Positions 1-12,400 of a DNA stretch of 64,000 bases are shown one piece after another; position 1 is the stretch's first letter; each line of letters starts with the position of its first letter. The stretch spans positions 50,120 through 114,119 of the forward strand of contig FLMG01002775.1 of the NCBI GenBank assembly GCA_900088475.1, in the 5' to 3' direction. A model generated the notes under the pieces. The model was not told where the DNA came from. It made no database searches and saw only the letters and a program-made list of their open reading frames with translations. Both the position numbers and the translations under genes were made by a program. The stretch is from Hyphochytrium catenoides. Its lineage: Eukaryota > Protista > Hyphochytriomycota.

Positions 1-213
1 TCTTTCTTGTCTAGGTAACATGATTTCAGGGAATCAACGCGTAATTGGCAGGCTATCCTGTTCATCATAGAGGACTTTGGAGCTAACACTGGGATTATCG
101 CTATCATGTCCTAAGCTTCCACATACTTGATCCGTCCATTAACTACTCACTTCTTCCAGATACACTATGTACATAAAACGCCGTAAGTTCAAAGACTGCA
201 GCACGGTGGCCCA

Positions 214-2530
214 TCAACTATTATATCTGTGAGCTTGGCCTAGAATATGGACAGTCAGCGTACAGCGTCCCGAAACGCTAACCAGCCCGTCGATGCTTCA
301 AAGTTTAAGTTACGCACTCCTTGCACATTCACCTCTTGGGCTATTGGAGATGTCGGGGATGATCCGGACAATCTTCCCGATTCCTTTGGCCTGTCCATCT
401 CTGAAGACAAACCTAAGAGAGAAAACCCGGTCTTATATAAACCTCTTCTTTACTCCTCATTGAGAAATCTCCAATTAATCCGCTGTTCTTACCTAGTTCG
501 GGGCTTCAGGTATTCTGCATAGCTGACAAACCTGAAGCGGACCAGCGCGTTGTCCCCCGTTCGGATAGTATCTCCGCCATCTGGTGCCTGTATAGAGACA
601 ATCTCCGCCGTTTGTCTGACAGTGCTACAGTTGATAACGGGCTGATAACCCTTCGATATTGTAGTTTGATGATGCAGGATATGTACGCGCGCTTCAAATT
701 CTCGAGACACAAAGGAACTTAGCGGCACGTCAGTGCCTACCAATACCATGCCCTGTGAGCCCATAGGAGATTAAGGTGAGGTGGACAAAGTGAGAGTCTT
801 TAAAGTGTCCTAATTGTTCACCTTTCGAAAGTTTGTCCGACTTATGGGTTCCTTTTTGTTGAGAGAACGAACGGCAAAAGCAGCTGTGTGACCAGCTTTT
901 GCTTGCCGTAGGGAAACGTGCATCGACTCTATTGACCTGACCGTCACAGGCTTGAAACCTCCATTATGATCTGGACCGAGCAACAGCGTATCGTTCACAG
1001 TAATAGTTCCGCTGGCTATCACTCCTGACACAACAAAGCCGACTCCCGGAACCTAGCAAATGGGTTACTAGTGGCAAGAAGAACAAAAGAATCGCAAAGT
1101 CTGCTCGAGTGGCGGTGCGTTCCCTATTCTGTCAATCAAATGCCTCTTGATAATACCAGCGGTCAATCTTTCCTCCTTCGCCCACTTAGTTGCTTCCTCA
1201 TTAAAGCTACCTCTTTCTTTCTTCTCATCTACCATGTAAGTTACTTTACCTGGTAGGTCTCATCAATGGGCACCTCAACCGGTGCCTCCGTAGAGTGAAT
1301 GGGGCCCGCCTTGCCATCGACATTTCCGTCAGCTTCAGGCTGTTGCTGCTTGTCTAAATCCAGCCGGGCGGGCCGGGGGGGAATCAGAGCAAGAAGCTTC
1401 TTTAAGTTTGCTAGGCCCTCTCCCGTGACGTTTGACATTGGAAGGATAGGCGTGACGCGGTTTGAACGTATGCTGTCAGCTGCTTGTGCAGCTTGTGCTT
1501 CGGTCTTTACCAGGATGGGCATCTTTCCAGCTACATACAGAAGACAGTACGGCGTTGTTAGCTTGAACAAGTAACGAAAGTAATGACATTTATAACATTA
1601 GAGAGAATCGCAGGGAAATCGCCGTGTATGTTCTTGCCTTTCTTTAGGAGCTGACGGATAGACTTTAAGGTATCCAGCGCGATATTCTTGGGAGCAATGT
1701 CGATCTTGGTGAGCGCAATGACAAGAGGTATTTCCAGCTGGTTCCCGACCAAAAGGTTAGAAGCCGGAGAGGGTATGAAAGAGAGGCGAACGAGAGACAA
1801 AGGAAACTGAACTTTCAAGCAAAGGCACAGAGCTGACTTGCTACTTGAAGGAACGGAGGACATAGATCACAAGAGAGGAGAAATCATGAGTAGTCAGAGC
1901 CATGCGCTCTCTTACCGCAATAGCGATATGCAGATGCTCCCTGGTCATCTTCTTGACGCCCATGTTAGCTCCCACAAGTACGACTGCGAGGTCCGGGGCC
2001 ATGCCAGTCAGCCCAAAGACCGTAGTTTTTAGATATCTCTCATGTCCTAAGTAGATTGCAGGGTCAGTTTACAGAGCTCCAATGCAGATTAAAATTACTT
2101 TGTCTCACCAGCTAGGTCAATCAATTGCACTCTTCGCTCGCTGGTCTTGGCGATCTCCTCCCATGGCAGCACACGGCCGGGTCGCTTGGATAAAATCTGG
2201 TCACCACTCCCATCAAACCCAATGTAGGTGGTAGCTATCGAGCTCGTGCGGCCACTGTCGCTCTCATGCTTGTGTCGGAATATCGCTTGTCGTGATAGAC
2301 CTAACTCAGAAGAAGGCATCGACGTTGCGATAGGAGAGGGGACAGGGACCAAATGTTACTTGTCCTGCCTCCTGCAATCTTACGGAATTAGCAAGGGCCG
2401 CATTACCTCGGCCGTCGTCCAGCTCCCCTTTGAGTAGGCAGCCGATAAGGCTGGACTTTCCGCTGTCGACATTGCCGACAAACGCTACTCGAATGTAGAC
2501 TTCCTTCTCCATGTGTCTAACCAAAATCAC
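214..2530 (-). CDS. GTPBP1/GTPBP2-like translational GTPase (EF-1A related), multi-exon; start and last exon uncertain
   Basis: Spliced translation gives G1 RVAFVGNVDSGKSS, RHKHESDSGRTSS, G3 IDLAGHERYLKTT, G4 TKID, SNVTGEG, domain II VPGVGFVVSG/LLLGPD and C-terminal RFVFRDGQAKGIGKI. The stop is at 310-312 if the last putative intron is not spliced, or 214-216 if it is. No upstream coding exon could be joined in frame; the start may be MEKEV near 2512. Confidence 0.9.
1531..1637 (-). other. Probable GC-AG intron in the GTPBP gene
   Basis: AAAG|GCAAGA donor and TGTAG acceptor join LKK-A-GKMPILVK in frame; no good GT donor lies nearby. Confidence 0.7.
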
Positions 2531-4540
2531 CTAGCCCTCGCTGTGGTCCGGGGCTCCACTCTACTGGCCGGCGCTTCACCTACAGAAGGCCAACGGGTAA
2601 ATGTGCTCTAGGGCCAGTACCGCGGCTGGCGTTGCCTAGGGAGCCTTTGCCAGCCTTGAAGCTGCCGATTAAGTACCCTCTGAGCCCTGTCTGCGACCAA
2701 GCAGTAATTGCCGACCAAGGACTATCAAGTGCATCCAAGCAACCGGGCAGCTTCAGGACCTTCTTCTAAGATACAGCACTCAGTTCTTTACCACTCTGCA
2801 CCTTCTGTCTCTCACTGCACCTTTCCCAACCCCTCGATCCTTACGATAGATCCCACCTCCACTCCCACTCTTCAGTTCCTTGCTACCTTGCTTCACGTCT
2901 GTCGCCCAGCTCCCTTGTCGTCTCCACCCCCTCCGCGGAGGACAACAATCTATGAGAAACTGCTGTCTGTACGTCAGAATGCCGTTTCACCCCTTCGCTT
3001 TGTTCGAGCGCACCATGTTTGTGGACACCTGACATAACTTTAGGGGCAAGCCAAACGTAGTTGCTGTGTATACAGGGTGGTCATAGTGAGAATACCGTCG
3101 TGGTGTGTCACCGCCCTCCCAAAGCGCACGTTGAAGGTTAAGAAGGTGCGCTAAGTAGTACGAGGCTAAAGCAGAAAGATGCCTAAGAAATTTTAAAGAA
3201 AGTGAGAAGAGCTTCTTCTTGCTCCTCCTCGTTGCCTTGCGCTGCTCTACTATGGATTGTCTCGACAAACAGGCACCTTCCTCCTTCCACGAGCCACACT
3301 CTTCTACTTTCTCGTGGTTGCCAGGAGCTAGTCGCCTTTCTTCTTGCGGCCAGCGAGCAGGCATTGGCATGAGCTTTATTTCTTCGGTTATAAGCAGTGA
3401 AGCAAGAAGCAGCCCGAGATAAGTAGTAGATCAACACAGGCATTCGTCTGGAGGTTGTTTCTTTTTAATGAATAGGAAGATGTACCGCGTAGGACGGTTT
3501 GTGCTGACAGCGAAGGTCGTTCCCTGCTGGCTTTTGGTATGAGTGATAGCTTCGCCACCTTGCTGGGAGCAATGGGACACACTCCTGTCAAGCGAACTTT
3601 CCGGCGAGCCAGGAGGCATAGGACATCATCATCATCACCATAACTGCCACAAAGGGCCCATAAAGTATGAAGGAAAAGTCAGGACTTTATGGAGGGGTTT
3701 CTTCCACATTGCGAGCTCTGGAGGCGTTTGAAGTGGATGTAGCTCCCTTGTCGCCCAGGCGGCAATGACCAAGTAAAGCTCCTTGAGAGCTTAGAAAGGT
3801 GCCATCTTCACACAGCATGTCCAATAAAATCTATGGAGTGAAATTCTGGTTAGTGCTCTGGCCAATAGCAAAGGTCGTCTCTATAATAATGCGTGGGCTA
3901 CGTTGAGAGCCACACACTACGGACAGTAAGAAGGGTCTGTAAGACTTGTCGTCCTCTCTTTCCCTTATGCATGTCATGGCTCCGCCTTGCCTAGTAGTCT
4001 TGGTTGGACTGAGCGGCTCCTTGCCAGCACTCAGCCGCATCTCCCGGTGGCTCTAGAAGTCATGGCGGCAAAAGCGGGCCGACAGCTAGCTATTATACAT
4101 CTTGCTTCTTGAACTCAGCGGTTCCTTTCATGGTGGCGCCAGAGTTATGGCCGTAACGCGGTAACAGAGGACAGAGTTAGCTATTATGCAACAACACTGC
4201 ACATGCAGATGAGGAGAGGGTAATATGGAAGTAGGCATGATGAGTTTTAGCCATAACCGGCAGTCAGGAGACTTCCACCTTCGCTCAAGACGTATGCTTC
4301 GGACAAGTCACTGTCAGGGAAGAAGCAGAACACCACCCCTGTCACCGGCTGTGCGCGGTCCCTAGCAACCCTTTGAAGGTTGAACGCTGCGATTATGTTA
4401 ACCACCTCTGCTATTCGCATGAGAAGGCATTATCTCTGTCTGCCCTGTGTCTGTCAGGTCCTTGGTGTCGTGTCTCCTAAAGCCGTACAGACACAGCACG
4501 GTGCTGATAGGTGCAGCAGGAGTGCTGCGACGTGCGTGGA

Positions 4541-4650
4541 TTGATGGGCCGGTTCCTTGCTGCGCCTGCGGCTGCGGCTGCGGCTGCGGCTGCTGCCCTA
4601 CAAGCTTATTAGTCCTTGGCTTGATGGGCTGGTTCTTGCTGCTGCTGCTC
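4541..4650. repeat. 80-bp-period direct repeat (TTGATGGGCyGGTTC(C)TTGCTGC at 4541 and 4621) enclosing a (GCTGCG)n microsatellite
   Basis: Read directly from the sequence; lies in the divergent intergenic region. Confidence 0.8.
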
Positions 4651-5123
4651 GAGGATTAGAGCGCACTCCTATGTTAGTATGAGCCCGTCACCTACAAAAA
4701 GAGAGAGTTGGCGGGAAAGCCTTTTCAATGCGCTAATATCAGGAGGGTTAGAGTCCTTCCTGCTTCAAAGCAGGTTACCTAGAATCGTTGTATTTGAGAC
4801 TAAATATATGTTGGGTACCTTGAAATGCTTTATAAGTCTTTCATCCGTTCTATGCGACAAAGCTAGATTTCATTGTAGACAAGAGTTTGGCGCCAGCTCT
4901 TGAAGTTGATGGCACCTGCTGGAGCCACGATGAGGCTTCTGACCTTGATGGAGCTGCAGCCTCGTCGCTTGGCAGGCTCCCTTCACAGACTCTTCCTTCT
5001 CTCTAGCAAGGTGGCCGCTGTCCTAGCCTCCTAAACAGTCGAGACGGAAGTGATCTGTGGGTAGACTACATACGCCTGAGAGGAGGGGCAGCACCAGGCC
5101 CGGAAAGGGCACGGACAAAGGCA

Positions 5124-8100
5124 ATGGCAGGGTTGTTGTCAACAGCTGGCTCTCTGCAAGGCGCGTCTGCCATTGTTGAAGCAGATGATGAAGAAAGGCT
5201 AGGAAGTCTACTGTCGACGGTAGGAGGAGGTGAGGCTCAAAGCGCAACTGGGGAGAGCGGAGAGGGCGAGGTACGAGAGACTGCTGAGTCTGCAAGCTCC
5301 TACAGGTCGTCTGTGTGCCGCTCTGTCCGTGATATCTTATTATGAGCAACTAGCTTTCCCTCTTCTCAGTCTCCTGCCCTCTCGCTATATCTGCGCCTCT
5401 CCTCTCTGAACCGCATACAGTCAGAGGAGTGAACACAACTCTCTAGGGCGAATCGTATTCTTCTGAAGGCCGTGTAAGTAGTCCAAAGAGAAGGAAGTTG
5501 TCAAACCTCAATCCAGACGATGAAGTGAAGGAGCAACTTACTGTCGAAGAGGGGGAGGCGGAGAACAAGGTAGATGGACCAAGAACGGAAGCAACAGCAG
5601 CAGGAGAGTCGGAGACCAGGAATAACCTCGTGCAATGCTCGGACTGCTCAACTTGGCGACCCTTGCCTCCAGATGCCAATCTGGATTTTCTTCCGGTGAT
5701 GTAGGTTTGCAACTCCCCTTTCGACGGCTCCTCTTACTCTATCAAGATATCGCTTACTCTCTCGCTCCACTAATACCTACTACGATCCTCTACTTCGTAC
5801 CCGTCACTAGTTGGCAATGCGCTATGATGGGCTACGCTTGCAAAGAAGGGCGGCGTAGGAAGGTTTCTGTATCTTCCCCCTCGATCTCCCAAGATATCAG
5901 CGAATCGCGGCCAAAGATCTCACAAGTGAGGTTCGATGTCCTCCAGGAGGAGCTTACCTGTGCAGTCTGCTGTGAGATCCTATACAAGGTTCGCAGATAA
6001 GAGAGGATGTGGAGAAAGACAAGAGGAGTTCCTCATAATGCTAGCCATGAAGGGTGAATAGGCTCTGGGGAGTAGAAAGAACAAGAGGGAGAGAGGGAGA
6101 ATGAGAGAGGGAGAGGAAGAGAGAGGCGAACTGCAGACAAAATGTATGAGGTAGACCGGCCAAGTAGCCCAGCGACTCAGTGAAGACGCTTACCATGGCC
6201 CGAAACAGCCTATATGCGCACCTTGCGGTCACTTCTACTGCCGCGTTTGCTTCATGCGGAGCGTCATCGCCAACGATGGAGACTCTGTACCCTGCTGCCC
6301 TACTTGTCGGACGTCCCTTGGCAGCTCTCTTGGCCAGCTCTCAGTGAATGTTCCTCTATGGAACGTAATTCAGGTAGCGCATGCTTGCCAGGTCTCATTC
6401 AACCCTCCAGACTCTAAGGCATTCATGCAGTTGCTGGTTTTGCACTTCCATGCTCGCCTTGAATAGACCCCTTACCCTTTGAACCTAACTGCCTTAGTTG
6501 GTCCACACTTGCCTGATTCAGAGCTAATCGCTTGCTCCAGCTTCAACCTTATGCCCCTTGGCACACCTTTCATTGGTCTCTGGTGATGTATGCGCCTCTC
6601 TCTCTGTTCGAGGACCGATCGGTTTTGCTTCCTTTTAGTTCGTCTTTCGCAGCCTTGGCACTAAATAATGTGTCATCATTCTCACTATCTACAGCTGCTA
6701 TTCTCAGAGGTTTGTTCAGCGAGGCAGGAGACACAGGAGCGGCAATATAAGAAATACCAGTCCGAGTATGAAGAGAAGGTGGATATGATCAATGAGAGAG
6801 AAAGGGAGTCGAATATGGTAGTCGAGAGCGTCCTTGACTCTGAAGAAGAGATGGTATGTGTATTCCTTGCCACAGCCTAGTACGCTTTCTTCTCCATCAG
6901 GGGATCTTGGGCCACAAACGAAGTTTCCTGCTGGCGGCATGCAACGATTCACTTCCCAAAAGATCTCATTGTGACCACCATGCTAAATTCACTTGCCTTG
7001 CGCCGTCCGCATTCGAAGGTCGATGAGGCGAATGCAGACGGTCGCTTAGGTTTTGAATATCCGGAGCTCGAAGTGCAAGAGCAGGTAACAGCGAGAGAGG
7101 GCAACTGCGAATCTTACACAGAAGTCAGGAGGAGAATCCTCTGTTGCTGTGCTACCCGTTTTAAATAGTTCGTTGCCACTTCGGTACTGCCAATCTCCAG
7201 AACTGAGAACATTCCTCCTTGCTTTTTGTCCACTTCCTTGTTTAGGGAGGAAGCCTGCCCATCAAACGAAATGTGGTTCTGGACACAGACCAAGTAACTG
7301 TGGATGGTGGAGCTCATCAGAGGTGGATAAAATAGATAAAAATATAGCTGCTGAGATAGAGCGGGAGGCTTGTTTCCTCCGACGGACTGAAGAGACGGTC
7401 TACCTATTATTTAATCTTCTTTAGGTTATGGTCTCCTCGTCGTCCGCTCGCTAATCAGCAAGTATACGGACCCTTTGGGTCTGAACCTTAAATATCTGCC
7501 GTTCTCTCAGGTTGGCCTTGTGCCTGATGGAGTATCCACCGCTGTTCCAGGTGTCTACAGAGTTCGAAATGGTGGTCGGGCTCTTGAGGATGGAGGAAGA
7601 TGAAGACGAGGAGGTCGGAGCAGTCCAACCTTCTAGTCTCCTACTTTGAGCCTATTATTTCACGGCTGAGTGTCGCTCACCCATGCTTTAACTGCTTCAG
7701 GGGTCTTGTCGTGCCTTTTGGCCCCGTTGGCAATCAACCCCTCCACTCTCTTTGTCTTGTCATACCTTAAGTTAAAGCCGCACTTCAGATTCTGATGTTG
7801 CCTTCCTTGCTAATGCTTTAAACCTCTGCTGTGGCTCTCTATTTAGGACGGATTCCCCTTCATCTTTGATGAGGATAATGGGGACGACGCTTTCATTGCG
7901 TCCGAGAGCTTTGGCGACGTGACTATGACTGTCCGATCAGAGAGGGATGGCCGACTAGTGGTAAATACCCTTGCGCCCCAATAATTTCTAGTGTTTGTCA
8001 TCTATGCTGTCGCTGAAGGTGCTCTCACCCTAATTGGCCTCTCTATCTGATGCACGAGCCCGGTATTTCCACTGTTGACAGCTTGTCCCTAAGATTGTCC

Positions 8101-9340
8101 GTTATACACTCCCCCATGCCCCTCCCTGGTCATCGTCCACGCACTCATATACCGATGTCTCCCTCATTCCTCTTAAAACATCTTCGTGACAGCTCAAAAG
8201 AAAGAGAAGCATGGAAGGTGGCATCGTTACTTTCCCAGACATCCTCCTTCATGTGCCCGTGGGAGGTTATTACATAGGATTCAAAGACGAGCGTTACGGC
8301 GTCTCCTTGGAGGCACAGATAGAGCTCAGAGCGTTGCGAGAGGATGGAGAAGGACTTGCGGAGCGTGGGATGCTCCGAAGAAGAGACAGGTCTTCCCGTG
8401 GAGCTGTGGAAGAAGAGGCGAAAGAGCGAATGTATGTCTGTCTAAACACACTTTGAATATTTTGATCGTTCCTCTTGCCGCTCTATCTGGTGTGCAATCT
8501 CACGTTTGTCCCATCTCGCCATTCGCCCAGATCTGACGTAAGGGCCAGAGAGAGGGAGATGGAGGACGCTGAGGATCTGTCAATGGAGGGCGAGGGATAT
8601 TTTAGCGAAGATGAGGTGGACGTTTCCTCCGAAGTCTCTGCCTGTCAGGTAATGACTCAGGAAGTTCAGGTCTCTACTGAACGATGTGACTGGCCAATTG
8701 AAGAGGCTGTCCTATGATGGAAAACCGTAGCGGGCTCTTCAGTACTTCATGACACTGTTTCCTATCGGCCTCTTGACCCTCCGACTACGAACTCAACCAT
8801 TGTCTCTATCTTAGATCTGCGAGGGGGAGACATCAATTGAAGGCGATCAGCTGGTCCTATGCGACGGCTGTGACAAAGCCTACCACCAGGAGTGTGCCAA
8901 TATATCGGAGAAACAATTGGAAGAACCAACCTGGTAAGCCCTGAGCTTCATTGTTAAAATTGGCTACAGCGTTATATTCAGCACTGTTGAAGCTGCCTCT
9001 TAGAAGAACAACACATTTTCATTAAACTGACCGGCTCTGATGAACGGCGCGTTATGTGATGGCATGGGAACTTTGTGGGGCGTTGACCAGGTTCTGTGCC
9101 GCTTGTGCAAGCAAGACAGCTCCCACCGGCCAGAGTAGTACCGACACACCTTTCAAGCTTGCATCAAGGAAGAGAAAAGCCATAGTGGATGACGAGGAAG
9201 AGGATGAAGTGCGTGACGACGACGGAAAAAGGGAAGAAGAGGTGGCATCAGCCCCTGAGAGTCTCGCGGCACTAGTCGCATCGCAGAGCGCCGACAATGA
9301 CTGCGATTCACAAGAGGTAGAAAAACGCTCTGAACGGTAG
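5124..9340 (+). CDS. CW-type zinc finger + C3HC4 RING + PHD finger protein (putative chromatin-reading E3 ligase); start uncertain
   Basis: CW: LVQCSDCSTWRPLP...WQCAMMGYAC. RING: LTCAVCCEILYK|PICAPCGHFYCRVC...CPTCR. PHD: CQ|ICEG...LVLCDGCDKAYHQEC...W|FCAAC. The exons carrying these domains join with GT-AG; one junction near 7.3-7.5 kb is unresolved. Confidence 0.85.
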
Positions 9341-9488
9341 AGAGGACACTCGTTTATAAAAAGCTTATCAAGATGCAGCTCAAGATGCCTGTGTGGGCCC
9401 TATGCCTACATTTAAAAAAGCAGCGTCACTAGAAGATAGTGAGATATGAAGCAGAGTCACAGGCAATTTGTGTACGAAAGAAACAACC

Positions 9489-12400
9489 CTAATGATTGCC
9501 GGTCATTCCAAATATACTTTCTCGGCGAAGTAAGAGAAGCATCTCATCGCGGTCAGCATCCGGCAACTTGCTAATCATCGACAGAATGCCCTGAGAGTGG
9601 AAAAGCACACGGGACGTGAGGTGGGAAAAGGTTGATTAGCTCAAGAGGTCGAGCGCTGTTTTCCCTCTTCTCCTCTGCCTCCTCGTAGCAAAATCTCCTT
9701 TCTGTCCTTGGTGGTACTCTCTCTTACTCCCTTTTTCTAGCCTGACCAGCGGCAACCCTAGTCCTCTAGCTATTCCTTGTCGCTTACCTGAACCGCAGCC
9801 TTCGGGTCTTCCGCTGCTAGCTTCTCGACCTCGGTGGTGACTCGCTGCCGACCTAGACCAGCCACTCGCTTCGCAACCTCTTCCGCTTCATCCAGGGTCC
9901 AGTGCAAGACACAGCGATCATCCCGCCAGGCTGCGCCATCTTCCGTCTGAGATGGACCAAAGCGAGTACGGCCCGCTGGTAGAGGGAGGGAAAAAAAAAG
10001 AGAGGTAAAACCATCAGGCCATCAGAAGACGTTACAAGAGATAAGGAGTCATATCAGTAGCTGTTAGACAGCTTTGAGAGCTGTCCGAAAGAGGGCAATC
10101 AGCGCAAGTGACTTCTAACCTGCCACATCCTTCTCGAACCACCCTCTTATAATGCTGGTAGCCTCCTTGTAGCACTGAAGCCCAGCTGCCTTTCTAATCT
10201 TGTCCCTCAAGCTAAACTCGGCCAGCCGTCTCCTTAGCCTCCAATAGAAGAAAGATCGTGCTCTCCTCCAGGCTACAACTCTACCGATGACGCCCTTGGC
10301 CTGCATGCGCCCTGGCGTATCATGCAGATCAGCAAATTGTGTCGCAATTTGCGTGTACAGGCCCAGCAGCTTGGATTCGCGCCTGTGTATGAGCTCCTGT
10401 AGGGCCTTCCGCTGGCCTAGAGTTTTAGGGATCATAAACAAAATAAGACGCAGTAAGTCAATGCGTCTTAGCGTGCATCAAAAGACAGCATACTCAGCCC
10501 AGTAAATGGAGAAAGTGGAGGCCTGAATTAATGTATTGATATATTTTGCCCACTTACCGTCATCTGTCTCCGCAAAGAACTGCTTATCCAGTCGCTGAAG
10601 CTCTGGGTCCAGACGATGGGCGGTGGCCATGATATCCTTCTTCCGGTACTTGATCTCAATCACTGGAGGTAGCAATAGGTAAGTCGGCAGCAAAGAGTGA
10701 AAAATGAATATCTAAACACAGGTAACCTTAGCGAGAAGGCATACAAATAGAGGTTGATGAGAGCAGCAAAGCATTACCTCCGCTAGGCTCCAAAACTCCT
10801 CCTCGTCCTCGATCGTCAGCATACATCTCCATCACCTCACCATTGATTGAAGGATCAACCACCACCCAGGCGCCTCCTCTGTGTACATGGCCACAACAAG
10901 AACGGCGTGAGCGAGGCACATATGAATAGAGGGAAACAGGGCAATGTAAGGGCACTGAAAAGGACACTCACAAGAGAAACATAGGGACAGCAAGAATAAT
11001 ATAAACATTATGAGGGAAGGGTGACAAGAGCCATGAGTTTTCACAAGGCAGAGAAAATGGCACCTGAGTTCCGCATGTGGCGGAATATACACGAAAACTG
11101 GTTGCTTGTACGTCACAAGGCCGTCAACAATGTAGGAGCCAAACTTTAGCACCTCATCGAACATGTCCCTTTGGCCACCGCTAAATTGAAGCAGGCAATA
11201 GTAAGAGTCTGTCTCCCTCATCTTCACCCCTAATCATGAGGCATAACGTCCTTGTCCACCTCACGACTCCAACCTCCCTCCTACAATGCATTAGACGCAC
11301 CTAAAACCCCTCCAGTTGGCGAAGATGAAAAGAGGCAAATCCTCTCCCTGGAAGTCTTTGATAGCTGTGGCGGTTTTGTAAGCAGAGTCCGGGAACCAGA
11401 CTTGTCCAGCCTGCTGCTGGAGGTGCTCCTGAGTGTCGGGACTGGCAGGGTCCGCGGGTGTCACCTTCTCTGCTGACCGAATCTCCGAAACGATTACTCC
11501 CACAGGGCACCCACCGAGCCTTGCGCGGCCAGTGACAACGGTCTGCGAAAGAGAGATAGAGGTAGAACGCGGAACTCAGCAAGAAAACGGATGAGCAATG
11601 CATCTGCTCCTCCGCAAGCCGCTCTCTTGCCTGCTGACCACCTACTAATACCCATTACAGTGGCCCTTCTACTCTCCCATGTCGAAAGCCTTCAGTAAGA
11701 TGAGACGTCAGTTATTACGCAACATACCTTTGCCCAGCCTGCCAAGTATTCCTTGAAGGAATTCCTGTCAAAGAAACCGCTAATCCAATGCCCGTCATGC
11801 TCATCCGTCTTTCCAGCCAGTAGGAACCTTGGATCATAGGGGGTCTTTGGGGGCACGAACTCAATGTCACGCTCGATCATATCCACGCCCGTGATATCTG
11901 TAAGTGGCATCGGTCTTCCCCGAACAGCAGGTACAAAGCTGAGCCACTGAAGGATCTCCTGCACGCCCTGCATGTGATCATGCACTACACAGTGGGATAC
12001 GCCGTTGTTGTGCATGATCTTTATGCCTCCCAGTTGGGCGTTGGAGGAGTAGACTTCTCGTCCCAGAAGTTTATTAAGTGCCTGGTAGCCTGTGAGCAAA
12101 ATTGGTGCATTGCTCTCCTTTTGGATGCACCGGTGGCCCAGACGAACGAGATAGGCGCCAATACCAACCGTGCGGCCACACACGTAGGTCAGCGTAAAGA
12201 TGTCCTGATAGGCGCGAGAGGTCTCTCCCGCGATCTTTCCGCTGCCCTTCAGGTTCTCAACGCCTGGGAGGCAAAAAGCGGCCGACAATTATTTGAGAAT
12301 ACATCTGTCAGTCAGCCTGTTATCTATCCTATCATCACAGCGTGCTATCTAAAGTTTCTCAGTTTGTCCCCTATCTTTCCCTAGACGACGACCCTCCGGC

